Below, piece by piece: positions 13,120-27,439 of a stretch of 64,000 nt of DNA. Numbering within the stretch: position 1 is the stretch's first letter; every line of letters begins with the position of its first letter. A program made the position numbers and the translations under genes. Under the pieces are notes generated by a model that was not told the DNA's origin, ran no database searches, and was given only the letters and a program-made list of their open reading frames with translations. The DNA lies in NCBI RefSeq assembly GCF_009914755.1, contig NC_060942.1; one strand, written 5' to 3'. Source of the DNA: the human T2T-CHM13v2.0 reference genome, Homo sapiens.

Positions 13120-15241
13120 TGTTTCCACCACTATCTTTGCCTTTCCAGTGTCTTGACAAAGTGAAATGTGTTTCAGGATCATAACAAGCAGTTTTGAAAA
13201 GCATTCAGTTGAGTTTAATATTGCTCTCCTGTGTTTCCTATAGCATGTGTACATGACACCTGTATGTGTATGCATGTGTATATGTGTAAATCCAACTTGT
13301 GCAGATGGCTGCATTCATTTTTCAAATAGATATCACAGCCTAGTCCAAAAGTAATTGATAAGATTATTCAATATGAACATAGGTGTTAAAAGATCTGGAA
13401 AGACATCAGTGCAGGTGTGAAGCTAATTAAACCTGTTGTGGGGGGTGCACAGGAAAGATCATGTGGCCTATCTCTTTGAAGAAATAGGCTGTCGTTTTTA
13501 AATCCATATTATATTTTATTTTATTTTCTTAATTTCCTTTTAATTGTCTTATAATCATTATGAGACATTATATTTCACTAATATAAAGACATTAAACAAA
13601 TTATGGAGATATAGAGATATTCACATTCTCTTTTCAAGCAAAAGAATATGAATTTTCACTCTGGCTGGCTTTGATTAATCTCCCAGTGATTTTACCTGAG
13701 GATACAGCCCAATGGCTAGGATAGAATGGCAGAATTTCTGTAGACCAATCAGAACCATGGGCTCAAAAGGCAAGCATCGCTTTCTTCTTTGGTTGTCATG
13801 GCTTTTCTTTCTTTCTTTTCTCTCAGATTATGGCATTCTGTTTGATCATTTTCACTCCAGAGCTAATCTTTCACATTTGCAGTTCTGTGTTTATTTATAC
13901 TTTTTTGTTATTGTTGTTTTTAATACTTTAAGTTCAAGGGTACATGTGCAGGTTTGTTACATAGGTAAACGTGTGTCATAGGAGTTTGTTGTTCAGATTA
14001 TTTTATTACCCAGGTATTATGCCTACTACCCATTAGTTATTTTTCCAGATCCTTTCCTTCCTCCCACCCTCCCCCCCTCAAGTAGGGTCCCAGTGTGTGT
14101 TGTTACCTTCTATGTGTTCATGTGTTCTCATCATTTAGCTCCCAATTATAAGTGAGAACATGCAGTATTTGATTTTCTGTTCCTACATTAATTTGCTAAG
14201 AATAATGGACTCCAGTTCCATCCACGTCCCTGCAAAAGACATGATCTTGTCCTTTTTTATGGCTGCATAGTATACAGTGGTGTATATGTACAACATTTCC
14301 TTTATCCAGTCTATTAATGATGTGCATTTAGGTTGCTATTGTGAATAGTGCTGCAATGAACATATGCGTGCATGTCTCTTTATAACAGAACAATTTATAT
14401 TCCTTTGGGTATATGCCCAGTAATGGGATTGCTGGGTTGAATGGTATTTCTCTCTTTAGGTCTTTGAGGAATTGCCACACATTGTCCTCCACAATGGTTG
14501 AAATAATTTACATTCTCACCAACAGTGTATATGCATCCCTTTTTCTCCACAACTTTGCCAGCATCTGTTATTTTTTGACTTTTTACTAATAGCCATTCTG
14601 ACTGGTATGAAATGGTATCTTATTGTGGTTTTGATTTGCATTTCTCTAATGATCAGTGATGTTGAGCTTTTTTTATGTGATTGTTGGCCGCACCTGTGTC
14701 TTTTTTTGAGAAGTGTCTGTTCATGTCCTTTGGCCACATTTTAATGGGATTGCTTGTTTTGTTCTTGTAAATTTGTTTAAGTTCCTTACAGATGCTGTAT
14801 ATTAGACCTCTGTCAGATGCATAGTTTGCAAACATTTTCTATTTTGTAGGTTGTCTATTTTCTCTGTTGATATTTTCTTTTGCTGTGCAGAATCTCTTTA
14901 GTTTAATTAGATCCCATTTGTCAATTTTTGCTTTTGTTGCAGTTGCTTTTGCCATCTTTGTCAAGAAATCTTTGCCCATTACTATGTTCTGAATGGTAAT
15001 GCCTAGGTTATCGTCCAGCTTCTTTATAGTGTTGGGTTTTACATTTAAGTCTTTAATCCATCTTGAGTTAATTTTTTTATATGGTGTAAGGAAGGAGTCC
15101 AGTTTCAATCTTCTGCATATGGCTAACCAGTTATTCCAGCACAATTTATTGAATAGGGAATCCTTTCCCCATTGCTTGTTTTTGTCAGGTTTGTTGAAGA
15201 TTAGATAGTTATAGGCTTGTGGTCTTATTTCTGGGTTCTCT

Positions 15242-15561
<320 letters not shown>

Positions 15562-17235
15562 TTTCTGGGTTCTCTATTCTGTTCTATTGGTCTATGTGTC
15601 TGTTCTTGTATCAGTGCCATGCTGTTTTGATTACTGTAGCCCTATAGTATAGTTTGAAGTCAGGTAGCATGATGCTTCCAGCTTTGTTCTTTTTGCTTAG
15701 GATTTTCTTGGTTATTCGGGCTGGTTTTTGGTTCCATAAGAATTTTATAATAGTTTTTTCTTGTTCTGTGAAGAATGTCAATGGTAGTTAAATGGGAATA
15801 GCATTGAATCTATAAATCACTCTGGGCAATATGGTCATTTTAATAATATTGATTCTTCTTATCCAAGATCATGGAATATTTTTCCATTTGCTTGTGCCAT
15901 CTTTGCTTTCTTTGAGCAGTGGTTTGTAGTTCTCCTTGTAGAGGTCTTTTACTTCCCTAGTTAGCTGTGTTCCTAGGTATTTCATTCTTTTTTTGTGGCA
16001 ATTGTGAATGGGAATTCATTTGTGATTTGGCTCTCAGCTTGACTCTTGTTAATGTATAGAAATGCTAGCAATTTTTGCACATTGATTTTGTGTTCTGAGA
16101 TTTTGTTGAAGTTGCTTATCAAACAAATTGGGCTTAAATTGTTAAAGCCCAATTTAAGAAGCTTTTGGGCTGAGGTGATGGAGTTTCTTAGATATATGAT
16201 CATGTCATCTGCAAACAGGGATGGTTTGAATTCCTCTCTTCCTATTCGAATGTGCTTTATTTATTTGTTTTGCCTAATTGTTCTAGCCAGAACTTCTAAC
16301 ACTATGTTCTATAGGAGTAGTGACAGAAGGCATCCTTGTGTTGTTCCAGTTTTCAAAGGGAATGCTTCTAGCTTTTGCCCATTCAGTATGATGTTGGCTG
16401 TGGATTTGTTATATATGACTGTTATTATTTTGAGGTCTGTTCCTTCAATGCCTAGTTTATTGAGATTTTTTTAACATGAAGCTGTATTGAATTTTATCAA
16501 AAGCTTTTTCTGCATTTACTGAGATAATCTTGTGGTTTTTGTTTTTAGTTGTGTTTATGTGATGAATCACATTTTTTCATTTGCATATGTTGAACCAACC
16601 TTGCATCCCAGAGATGAAACCTACTTTATCATGGTGGATAAGCTTTTTGATGTGTTGCTGGATTTGATTTGCAAGTACTTTGTTGAGAATACTTGCATCA
16701 ATGTTCATCAAGGATATTGACCTGAAGTTTACATTTTCTGTTGTATCTCTGCCAGGTTTTGGTATCAGGATGATGCTGACCTCATAGAATGAGTTAGAGA
16801 AGAGCCCCTCCTTTTCAATTGTTTAGTATAGTTTCAGTAGGAATGGCACCAGCTCTTCTTTGTACATCTGGTGGAATTCAGCTATGAATTCATCTGGTCC
16901 TGGCTTTTTTTAGTAGGCAGGCTATTTATTACTACTTAAATTTCAGAACTCATTGTAGGTCTGTTCAGGGATTCAGTTTCTTCCTGATTCAGTCTTGGAA
17001 GGGTGTATGTATCCAGAAATTAATCCATTTTTTTTTCTAGATTTTCTGGTTTATGTGTATAGAGGTGTTAATAATACTCTCTGATGGTTGTTTGTATTTC
17101 TGTGGTATCAGTGGTAATAACCCTCTTATCATTTCTGATTATATTTATTTGAATCTTCTCTTTTTTCTCTTTATCAGTCTAACTAGTTATCTGGTTCATT
17201 AATTTTTTCCAAAAAATTGCTCCTGGATTTGTTGA

Positions 17236-17524
17236 TTTTTTTTTTCTGATGGGGTCTCACTCTGTTGCCCAGGCTGAAGTGCAGTGGCATGATCTCAGCT
17301 CACTGCAACCTCTGCCACCTGGGTTCAAATGATTCTCCTACCTCAGCCTCCTGAGTATCTGGGACTACAGGCGCCTGCCACCACACCCAGCTAATTTTTG
17401 TATTTTTAGTAGAGACAAGGTTTCACCATATTGGCCAGGCTGGTCTCAATCTCCTGACCTTGTGATCACCCACCTTGGCCTCCCAAAGTGCTGGGATTAT
17501 AGGCTTGAGCCATGGTGCCCAGCC
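17236..17524 (-). mobile_element. AluS nested in L1
   Basis: Alu reverse complement; imperfect TSD ttgYtgat. Confidence 0.93.
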
Positions 17525-20500
17525 TTGCTGATCTTTTGAATGGTTTTTCATGTCTCTATCTCCCTCAGTTCTGCTTTGATTTCGGTTATTTCTTATTTTC
17601 AACTAGCTTTGGTATTTGTTTGCTCTTGATGTTTTAGTTCTTTTAGTTGTGATATTACTTTGTTAACTTGACATCTTTCTAGCTTTTTGATATGAGTATT
17701 TAGTGCTATAAATTTCCCTCTTAACACTGACTTAGCTGTGTCAAGAAGATTGTGGTACATTGTATCTTTGTTCTCATTAGTTTCAAAGAACTTCTTGATT
17801 TCTGCCTTAATTTCATTATTTACCCAAAAGTCATTCAGGAGCAGGTTATTTGTTTTCCATGTAATTGTATGGTTTTGAGTGAATTTCTTAGTCTTGAGTT
17901 CTAATTTGATTGTGCTGCTGAGAGATTGTTATTATTTCAGTTCTTTTGCATTTGCTAAGGAGTGTTTTACTTCTGACTATATGTTCAATTTTAGAGTAAG
18001 TGCCATGTAGCAATGAGAAGAATGTATATTCTGTTGTTTCTGGGTAGAGAGTTCTGTAGATATCTATCAGGTCCATTTGATCCAGAGCTGAGTTCAGGTC
18101 TTTAATATCTTTGTTAATTTTCTGTCTCAATGATCTGTCTAATATTGTCAGTGGGATGTAAATGTCTCCCACTATTTTGTGTGGGAGCCTAAGTCTGTTT
18201 TAAAGTCTCTAAAAACTTGCTTTATGAATCTGGGTGCTCCTGTGTTGAGTGCATGTATATTTAGAATAGTTAGCTCTTCTTGTTGAATTGAACCCTTTAC
18301 CAATATGCAATGCCCTTTTTTGTCTTTTTTTATTTTTGTTAGTTTAAAGTATGTTTTGTCAGAAACTAGAATTGTAACTCCTGCTTTTTTCTGTTTTCCA
18401 TTTGCTGGGTAGATGTTCCTTCATCTCTTTATTTTGAGCCTATGTGTGTCATTGCATGTGAGATGAGTCTCTTAAAGACAGCATAACAATGGGCTTCGTT
18501 CTTTATCCAGCTTGTCACTCTGTGTCTTTTAATTGGGGCATTTAATCAATTTACATTTAAGATTAATATTGTCATGTATGAATTTGATCTTGTCATCATG
18601 ATGTTAGCTGGACCTTTTGCAAACTTGTTTATGTGGTTGCTTTATAGTGTCACTGATCTGTGTACTTCAGTATGTTTTCATAGTGGCTGGTAATGGTCTT
18701 TCCTTTCCATATTTAGAGCTTCCTCCAGGAACTCTTGTAAGACAGGTCTAGTGGTAATAATTTTCCTCAGCATTTGCTTATCTGAAAAAGATCTTCCTTC
18801 TCCTTTGCTTATGAAGCTTAGTTTTATCAGATATAAAATTCCAGGTTGGAATTTCTTTTCTTTAAGAATATTAAATATTGGCCCTCAATCTCTTCTGGCT
18901 TGTAGGGTTTCTGCTGAGAGGTCCACTGTTTGTCTGTCAGGCTTTCCTTCATAGATGGCTGGCCTTTTTCTGTAGCTGACCTTAACATTTTTTCTTTAAT
19001 TTAGACCTTGGAGAATCTGATGATTATGTGTCTTATGGAATATCTTACTGGGATTGTCTACATTTCCTGAATGTGAGTCTTGGTCTGTCTACCTAGGTTG
19101 GGGAAGTTCTCATGGATGATATCCTGAAACATGTTTTCTAAACTGCTTCTACTCTCCCCATCACTTTCAGGTACAAATCAGTTATAGATTTGGTCTCTTT
19201 ACATAATCTCATATTTCTCAGAAATTTTCTACATTCCTTTTCATTCTTTTTTTCTCAATTCTTGTCCGTCTTATTTCAGATAGACAGTCTTTAAGCTCTG
19301 AGAATCTTTTTTCCACTTGGTCTATTATGCTATTAATACTTGTGATTGCATTGTGAAATTCTTGTATTGTGTTTTTCAGCTCTATATGGTTGGTTACATT
19401 CTTCTCTATGCTGGCTATTCTGTTTGTCAGCTCCTAAAAGGTTTTATTGTAATTTTTAGCTTCCTTGTATTGGGTTACAACATGCTCCTTAAATTCAGTG
19501 AAGTTCATTTTTATCCATATTCTGAATTCTACTTCTTTTATTTTGGCCATCTCAGCCTCAGCTCAGTTCCACACCCTTGCTGGAGAAGTGATGTGATCAT
19601 TTGGAGGAAAGAGGGTACTCTGGCTTTTTGAGTTTTCAGGTTTCTTGCGCTGATTCTTTCTCATTTTGTGGACTTATCTACCTTCGATTTCTAAGGTTGC
19701 TGACCTTTTGATTTTTTTCATTTAACAGTCTGGCCACTTTTCTGTAGGGCTACTGTGGGTTTCTGGTGGTCTGCTGCAGTCTCCAGTCACTTCAAATTCT
19801 GTAGTACCTGGAGGTATCACCAGTGAAGGCTGCTAAACAGCAAAGATGGCAACCCACCTCTTTCTCTGGGAGCTCTGTCCCAGTTAGGTATGAAGCCATT
19901 GCTGACCTGAATGCACCTGTAGGTGTCAACACAGAGACCCTTGCTGGGAGGTCTCACCCAGTCAGGAGGAACAGGATCAGAGATAGACTTAAAGAAGCAT
20001 TTTGGCCATGTTTTTGTAGAGCAACTGCGCTGTGCTGGGGTACCACTTCTGCCCCTGGTCAGCTTGGGCTCTCCAAAACCTGGAGGTTGGAACAGCTAAG
20101 TTGCCTGAACAGCAAAGATGGTGGGCCGCCCCTCTCTCTAGAAGCTCTGTCCCAGGAAGTTTTCAAACCTCTGTTGGCTGAAGAACACTGGTGAGGGTGG
20201 TTGGAGACCCTAGTTGGGAGGTCCTGCCCAGTGAGGGAGAACAGATCAGGGAACTCCTTGAAGAAGCAGTCTGGACACATCTTGGTAGAAGAGCTGTGCT
20301 GTGCTGGGGGATCCCTTCCACCCCCAGTTTGGTTTGTACTCCCCAAAGCCCACAGGCTGCAACAGCTGAGTAGCCCAAACAGTGAAGATGGTGACCCAGC
20401 CCTCCCCTCGGGAACTCCGTCCCATGTAGGCACAATACTGTTGCTGGTGGCTGGCTGGAATTCCAAACCAGTGGCTCTTATCTTGTGGGGCACCACTGAA

Positions 20501-21436
20501 GTAGGGCTTGCAGACCATTGCTGCTTATCCTCCTGAACTCATTCCTCTTCCCAGGGGTGTGTACAGAGGTCCAACCTCCTGCCTTGCCAGAGACGCAGTC
20601 ACTTTTGTTGGGAAGCCCAGAACCAGAATATGTAAAGCTCCTCAGTTTCCACATATGCCTGAGCAGCTGCTCTGCCAAAATTCCATAGAGCTCTGTGTTT
20701 CAGACTGAAGGCCCTGCTGAAGTGGCTCATGAGGGGGATCTCTTGACCTGAGGGTTGCAAAGATCTATGGAAGAAGCATGATTTCCTGGGTCACAGATTC
20801 ATTCTCCACTTGCCTGGGCAAGAGAGGTTCCCTTGGCTTCATGTGGCTCCTGAGTGGGTCATCGCCCTGCTTTGCTTTTCTGCGTTTTCCCTGGGTAAAG
20901 CTGTTTTCCTGATCTGTTTCATTTGAAGGTGTTGTATTTACTGGCCTCTTTCATTCCTCTCTGTGAGAGCCACACACCATAGTTCCTTCTAGTTAGCCAT
21001 CTCTGCCTCAGTCCTCTTTTTCATACTTCAAATTAGCTGTATGCATGCTTTTATAGAAGAGAAGGGCCCCTAATGCATCTAAGTTATCTTATAAAAATTC
21101 TTAATTTAAGACCATGGGTACTGCTAATTAGTTCTTCTCTGTTGCAGAGTTGTAAGCTGTCCAGCAATGAAGAATTCTGTGTGAAAAACTAGAGGAGGTA
21201 CTGGTACAAGAGAACATGAGGAAGGCAGAAAAGGAAAATATGTATATTTGAGCACTGTTTGCAGAGTTCAAGTCATTGTTTGGGTAAACAAAAGTTCATT
21301 ATATGTTCAATGGTTCACTCTTTCGATAATCTTATTTTTTGGGTGTGGAGTGATAAATTAAAACATGTTATGATGACAGAGAGACAAAATAATTCTGGGG
21401 AAGGAAAGGTTTGTGCCTTCTCTTTCTCTCTCTCTC

Positions 21437-21734
21437 TTTTTTTTTTTTTCTTGAGATGGAGTTTCACTGTTGTTGCCCAGGGTGAAGTGCAATGGCAAGA
21501 TCTCGGCTCACCGCAACCTCCACCTCCTACGTTCAAGGGATTCTCCTGCCTCAGCCTCCGAGTAGCTGGGATTACAGGCATGCACCACTACACCCGGCTA
21601 ATTTTTAAATTTTTTGTAGAGACGGGGTTTCTACATGCTGGTCAGGCTGGTCTTGAACTCCTGACCTCAGGTGATCTGCCCACCTTGGCCTCCCAAAGTG
21701 CTGGGATTACAGGCGTGAGCCACTGCACCCGTCC
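21437..21734 (-). mobile_element. AluS
   Basis: Poly-T followed by a full Alu dimer reverse complement. Confidence 0.93.
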
Positions 21735-22479
21735 TTTTTCTCTTATGAAATTACATATAGCTTTAGGGAATTAACTTTTGCTGTCACCCACTTATCAGAT
21801 ATTCTCCTCTATCTTTTCTTCTCCTCTTTCCGAATTTCCTCACAACCTGCACTCCACCCTCAGCCCCATGCCAGTCTGTTGTCTATCCTGCTATAATTCA
21901 TTCTTTACATGGCAATACCTCAGTGATATAAACTCACTTTTTTGCCAAAGGGGTAAACACAACTTCAGCTTCAGCTTTCACCACTGATAGGTCAGCGTCA
22001 CTCATGAGAACTCTGAGGACAGCACTCAGAAACCCTCCTATTATAGCCATTCTTGAACAAAAAGCTAAAGGAGGCCTAACATTCCATTCAATCCCAATTC
22101 AGTTTGAAGGCAAATCACCTTTTGGATTGTGGATCTCTTTCAGCCTACCAAAGGGAGGCATAATTTATTTCATAAACTGAGGAGTTGTGAAGTGAGTGGA
22201 TGAGTTTGGATCTCAAATCTTCCCCTCTTTAAAGAGTATGGCTTTGGAGAAGTCTCAGTCAAATGTGGATACTTCTTTATTAATTCAACACATCATGAGA
22301 GTGTTAGGGATTACTCTTGTTCCTGAGCATGTTAGAGGTAAGCAAAGTAGACAAGGCCCAGGCTCTAATGGAGTGTATATTTAGTGGAGAAGTATAGCTC
22401 ATACACATAAACATTGACAGACAAGAGAAACTTTGGAAATGTAAGTGGTAAAAGAAAAACAGAGAGTGGAGTGCTAGGT

Positions 22480-22646
22480 CAGCGAATCTCAAACTTTAAT
22501 GTGCGCACAGATCACCTGGGGATCTTGTTACAATGCAGATTCAGATTCAGTAGTCCTTGGGGGTGAGGTTGGAGATATTGTATTTCTAATAAGCTTGCAG
22601 GTGATGCCAGCACTGCTGGTCCTTGGACCACACTTTTAATAGCAAG
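22480..22646. mobile_element. MER5-family hAT-Charlie MITE
   Basis: ctcaaacttt...gatcacctggggatcttgtt...aatgcagatt...ggaccacactt matches recalled MER5A/B consensus. Confidence 0.8.
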
Positions 22647-23202
22647 TCTTCAGCTACTTACTAGCATTAATTTTAGGTTGTGTAGACATGGGTCAGCTTT
22701 TCTCATTAGGCTATGGTTAAGTGGAGAACCCAGACATTGAAGGTATGGGGGGAGAGCATTCCAGGCAAAGGAAGGGGTTATTACAAAAGGCCTTAGGAGC
22801 AGGGAGAGATAGGCAGGTCAAAGGAATGGAAATAAGGCCCTTGTGGCTTAAGCATAGTGATCCAAGGAGAGCAAGAGACAGAGTCAAGGTTCTATCATAA
22901 AATCTGCAGTAAGGAATTGTATTTTATTCTCAGTGTTAAGTGAGACCATGGCAGAATTGAAACAATGATCTACTTTCCATTTTCTAGGCTCATTCTGGGA
23001 TATGACACAGAGAATGGGTTATGAAATAGAAGCAAAAAATCTAGTTAAAGGCCACTGCAGCTGTCTAGGTTAAAAAAAAAAACAAAACATAGTGGTAGAT
23101 AAGATCAAGATGATAGAAATGGAGATAGAACACAGATAGATTAGGGAAATGTTTTGGTTTTCATTTTCAGTTGTTGATGGATTGGCTATAAGAAGTAAGA
23201 GT

Positions 23203-23590
23203 GGATTAAGAAAATGTGGCACATATACACATGGAATACTATGCAGCCATAAAAAATGATGAGTTCATGTCCTTTGTAGGAACATGAATGAAGCTGGAAA
23301 CCATCATTCTCAGCAAACTATCGCAAGGACAAAAAACCAAACACCACATGTTCTCACTCATAGGTGGGAATTGAACAATGAGAACACATGGACACAGGAA
23401 GGGGAACATCACACACTGGGGCCTGTTGTGGGGTGGGGGGTGGGGGTAGGGATAGCATCAGGAGATATACCTAATGTTAAATGACGAGTTAATGGGTGCA
23501 GCACACCACCATGGCACATGTATACATATGTAACTAACCTGCACACTGTGCACATGTACCCTAAAACTTAAAGTATAATTAAAAAAAAAA
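23203..23590 (+). mobile_element. 5'-truncated young L1PA 3' end
   Basis: Low-divergence L1 3' UTR with poly-A; TSD aagaagtRagagt at 23190-23202 and 23589-23601. Confidence 0.95.
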
Positions 23591-24348
23591 GAAGTGAGAG
23601 TAAACATTTCTCTCAGTTTCTTAGCTGGAGTTGCTCAGTGATAGACCCATTTACTGATTTCCCCAGGGAACTTGTTGAGAAGCAGATTTTGGAGGGTAAA
23701 TAAAAAGTTCCACTTAGGCTATGATAAAAACAGTTGTCCAGGGGATCTTAAGCTCTAAGTAAAGATGAGAGGGAGAGATATGCATTTGACAATTATCCAT
23801 ATATAAATGGAATTGGATAATACTTTGGAAGAAATTATAAGCAACAAAAGAGAACTCAGGCCCTAGCCTTCATTCCCTCTACCATTTAATGTTTGAAACC
23901 AGGATTGGCGACCCAAACAATTGGGTTGAGATTGTATAGTCATTGACTTAAGATAAAAGCCATGAGTGTGTGATGCAGAAGCGAAGTAAAAATATGTTTC
24001 AAAAAGGGAAAGAGTCATGGAATTGAATAGTTCTGTGTGACCAAGGGACTTGGAAAAGTGAAGGTAGATTGCTGATGATTGTGCCTGCACACACACACAC
24101 ATCACACACTTTGTAGGGTCAAAGTGATTAGAGATAATGGGTACAAAAATATGAGAAATACCACATCACAGAACTATTGAGTATCCTGTACAGAGGCAGG
24201 ACTTCTGACAAGGTCTTTCTAACTTTAGAATGTCTGCCTTTTTCACTCTGCCATCTGATTTCTGATCACACCAGCACCTTTCATTTTGGATGGGAGAGTC
24301 AATTTCAGCCAACATACATTGGCTACATCAAAACATAGCCTTTGAGAG

Positions 24349-24487
24349 AATGGAAAGGAGGGGAAGGGAAGCGGGGAAGGGAGGGGGGAGGAGATGGGAG
24401 GGGTGAGGGGAAGAAAGGAAGGGAAAGGAAAGAAGAAAAGGAGGAAGGAAAGAAGGAAGGAAGGAAGGAAAGAAGGAAGGAAGGAAA
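24349..24487. repeat. Polypurine (GGAA/GGGA)n tract
   Basis: Nearly pure purine run on the + strand. Confidence 0.9.
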
Positions 24488-26039
24488 ACTTGAATCGAAT
24501 TCTGGGTTTAAGTGGCACATAGTGTCTTAACTCTACAAGTTCAGTGAGCTAATTATTTCTAAATCTTCTCAATTCCATCCCTCTCCAAGTAAAATCCATG
24601 TGCTCATCTCCTTACTCTGGCAGTTTTTGCAGCAATTTCATTTATGTCTCATGGATCCAGCTCACCTGAAGGGTAACCCCAAATAACTCTCTTTCCTTTT
24701 ATTATTTATCTCCTGTGCTCAAAAACCTCTGAAAATTACTCTCTGCATTTTGAAAAAAATCAAAAGATATTTGTCTGGAAGTCAGACATTTTTAAATATT
24801 CTCCCCATTTGAAAATGTATCTTCTTATCACCAACACACATCCAACCTTAGACAAATCTCTCTTTCCATAATTTTCCCCACCTCCTTGTGTATTCCCACT
24901 TCTAGAATTAGATTTTCCTTAATACAGTTTCCTGTCTGGAAATCCCTTCCTATTCGTATCCAAATATTTCAATTTGACCTATATTAAAGCCCCACTTTTA
25001 TGCCCCTTTTAAAGCAGGAAGCCTTACTTGACCAAACCAAGCCAAAAATTGTTTTATTTCCTGGAATTCGTATAACATACAAATCTCTGCCACATGGCAA
25101 GCTAACAGTCCTACGCTTCCAGTTAATTTTACCAAAAGACACATTCAACACACAAGTCATTTGGCACCCATTTAATGCCCACTGCTATATTAGGACCAGA
25201 GGGGACAGGAAAACTTATTTGCACCCTCTAGAACATAACAGAATTTCTGTCATTGACACATTTTGAGCTGCTAAAGTGAAAAAGTAGTATTTATTCTAAA
25301 TTTATAAGTGCTGAAGTGGCTAAACTAAATATTAACGACTGTGCCAATGTGTAGGATACAAAGCAAATGCACAGGTCAGCCAGGGAGAGTGAGACCTGAG
25401 AAATTTCCCCCTGGCTCCCCTGGCTTCCTGGATATCTGGCATTGTTTGCCTGGTGATTAGTGAGGTGTCTCTAGGTACGTTAATGTGGAAGGCTGGATGT
25501 GTTTGACAATAAGTCAATGATTCTTTTTGACGCGACTTTAATAGTACTGAAGAAGTGATTGTAAGATGATGCTTTTTAATGGGATATAGATATAAGCGAC
25601 CTGCTTTTTATGACAAAGGTCAATGGTATTGATGGGTAGTGTAGAGAAGATAATTTCCTTGGCATGGTGGAAGACAACTTGCATGATTCATGAAGGTGTT
25701 GCTCTCTCTTTCTTTTTTTTTTTTTATCTCTCCCACAAAGAGGAAAGAAAAGCACTCCTGCCAATTCCTTCTTGTTGCCATTTCATCTGAAATAAGGAAG
25801 AGGTGATGTCCTACAATGAGCTGCTCAACAATTGATGGTGACCTCTAGCTGGCCAAGGCCTTCAGAATTTGATAATCATATATGGAGTGAGTTTATTTTA
25901 TTGTGAAGGAAATGGATAAGTACCATTCCAATGGGACATACAAGCAGTCAAGGAGCAAAGGCCAAGCGGCGGAGACAGGAGGAGGGCAGGCAGCACAGCT
26001 GCACTGGAGCGTACATCCCTGTGTCTACATGATACTTAC

Positions 26040-26290
26040 AGGTTGGGCAAAAAATTACCAGAGTCAGGTCTGCAGAATTATACTCTGTTGAAAGGTCATG
26101 GGCAGGCAGAATTAAGGGAACACTGCGTGTAAAGGATACTTCTGGAAGCCTAGCCTGCTGACCTTGGGCTGAACTGGAACTGCTGGTTAATCTTGAATCA
26201 GACAAAGAGCACCATGGACACTTCGAGGAAGTGCCCACAGCCCAGCAACAAAAGTTTCTGCAGAGATTTCTTTGCCACAACAGGCTGTTC
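26040..26290 (-). other. Candidate non-coding (first) exon
   Basis: Consensus donor CCT/GTAAGT at the 26040/26039 boundary, in sequence with no recognisable repeat, downstream of a CT-rich tract (26320-26450 on minus). 5' end uncertain; ATGs inside open only very short ORFs. Confidence 0.35.
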
Positions 26291-27439
26291 CTGAACTTTA
26301 ATGAAGCTTATTTTTTATGATAGGGGGAGAGATAGGAAATAGAAAAGAGTATGGAGAAGGGAAGAGAGAGAGAGACAGAGAGAGGGTAGACAAAGAGAGA
26401 GAAGGGAGGGCAGGGTGAGAGAGAAAAACAGAAGAAGGGGTGAGAGGAAAACATGACATAAAAGTAAGGGAAACACAGAATTTATCCATGGTCAGTGTTT
26501 TTGGAGCTGAAATGTTTCAATTGTCCTTTCCTATCAGAATAGAATTCTCTCAGAAGCCACATCAAGGCAGTCTTTCTAGAGAGAACTTTTCTAGAGAGAA
26601 CTGGGTCCCAATCTGCCTTCTGCACTTGGCTCTCTATTCATCTATTGGGACATTTCAGAGACTTCATTTTGGCTAATCAGTCATCTGTCCACTCCTGGAG
26701 TTTTGTTTCAAACTGGGATACATTTGTCCAGATGAGTTGTACCCTTTCTAGTATCAATCTGCATGCCTGTTTCTGCCACCTTTCCTCTGCAAGTTGCAGG
26801 TGCCCTATCCCACAGCAAGCAGTGAAAGGAAATGATGGCACAATGTTGGCTGACAATGAGAGAGCAGTGGTGTGTGCTACAGTGAGCAGCTACAAGCCTT
26901 CACACTCTGGGGGTTTTGCCAGTCATCTAAGTTCATTGTTAGAACTTGGAGAAGGAGACGGTTCTGCCATTGTCCCAAATGACATCAAGGCCACTCATTC
27001 AACATACTCATTTTTTAGTTCCTTAACATTTTCGTCTCAGAAAATAATTGCTTACCATCCACTCCTATGACCAAAATTTAGGCTTTGTCAATAAAACCAA
27101 AATCAAGCCAAACCAAATCAGACCAAACAGCTGACCTGTTCTATTTATAAAATATTAAATTCTAATACACTCCAATCTGTTGCCCTTTAGCTCTCTTGCT
27201 TGGTTATTATCCCCAATATATCTAAACTTCAATCTCATTGATACTGTAGTATGATCACCTATCTAGGTTTTTTTTCCATCTATTATATAAATCCTCACTG
27301 CTGTCTCTTGTCATGTGATCGGGCTTCTGTTGTTCAACATAGCAACATTGTTATCCATTCAAGAGTCCTTCTTTTCCTATAGCTGATTTCTGAACACTAT
27401 TGAAAAAAATACTCAATATTATATTAACATTCAGGGTCT

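Noticed and set aside
26574-26602. Short direct duplication ttctagagagaact x2 (similar one at ~29260-29305)
   Set aside because: Ordinary slippage-size duplications with no further pattern.
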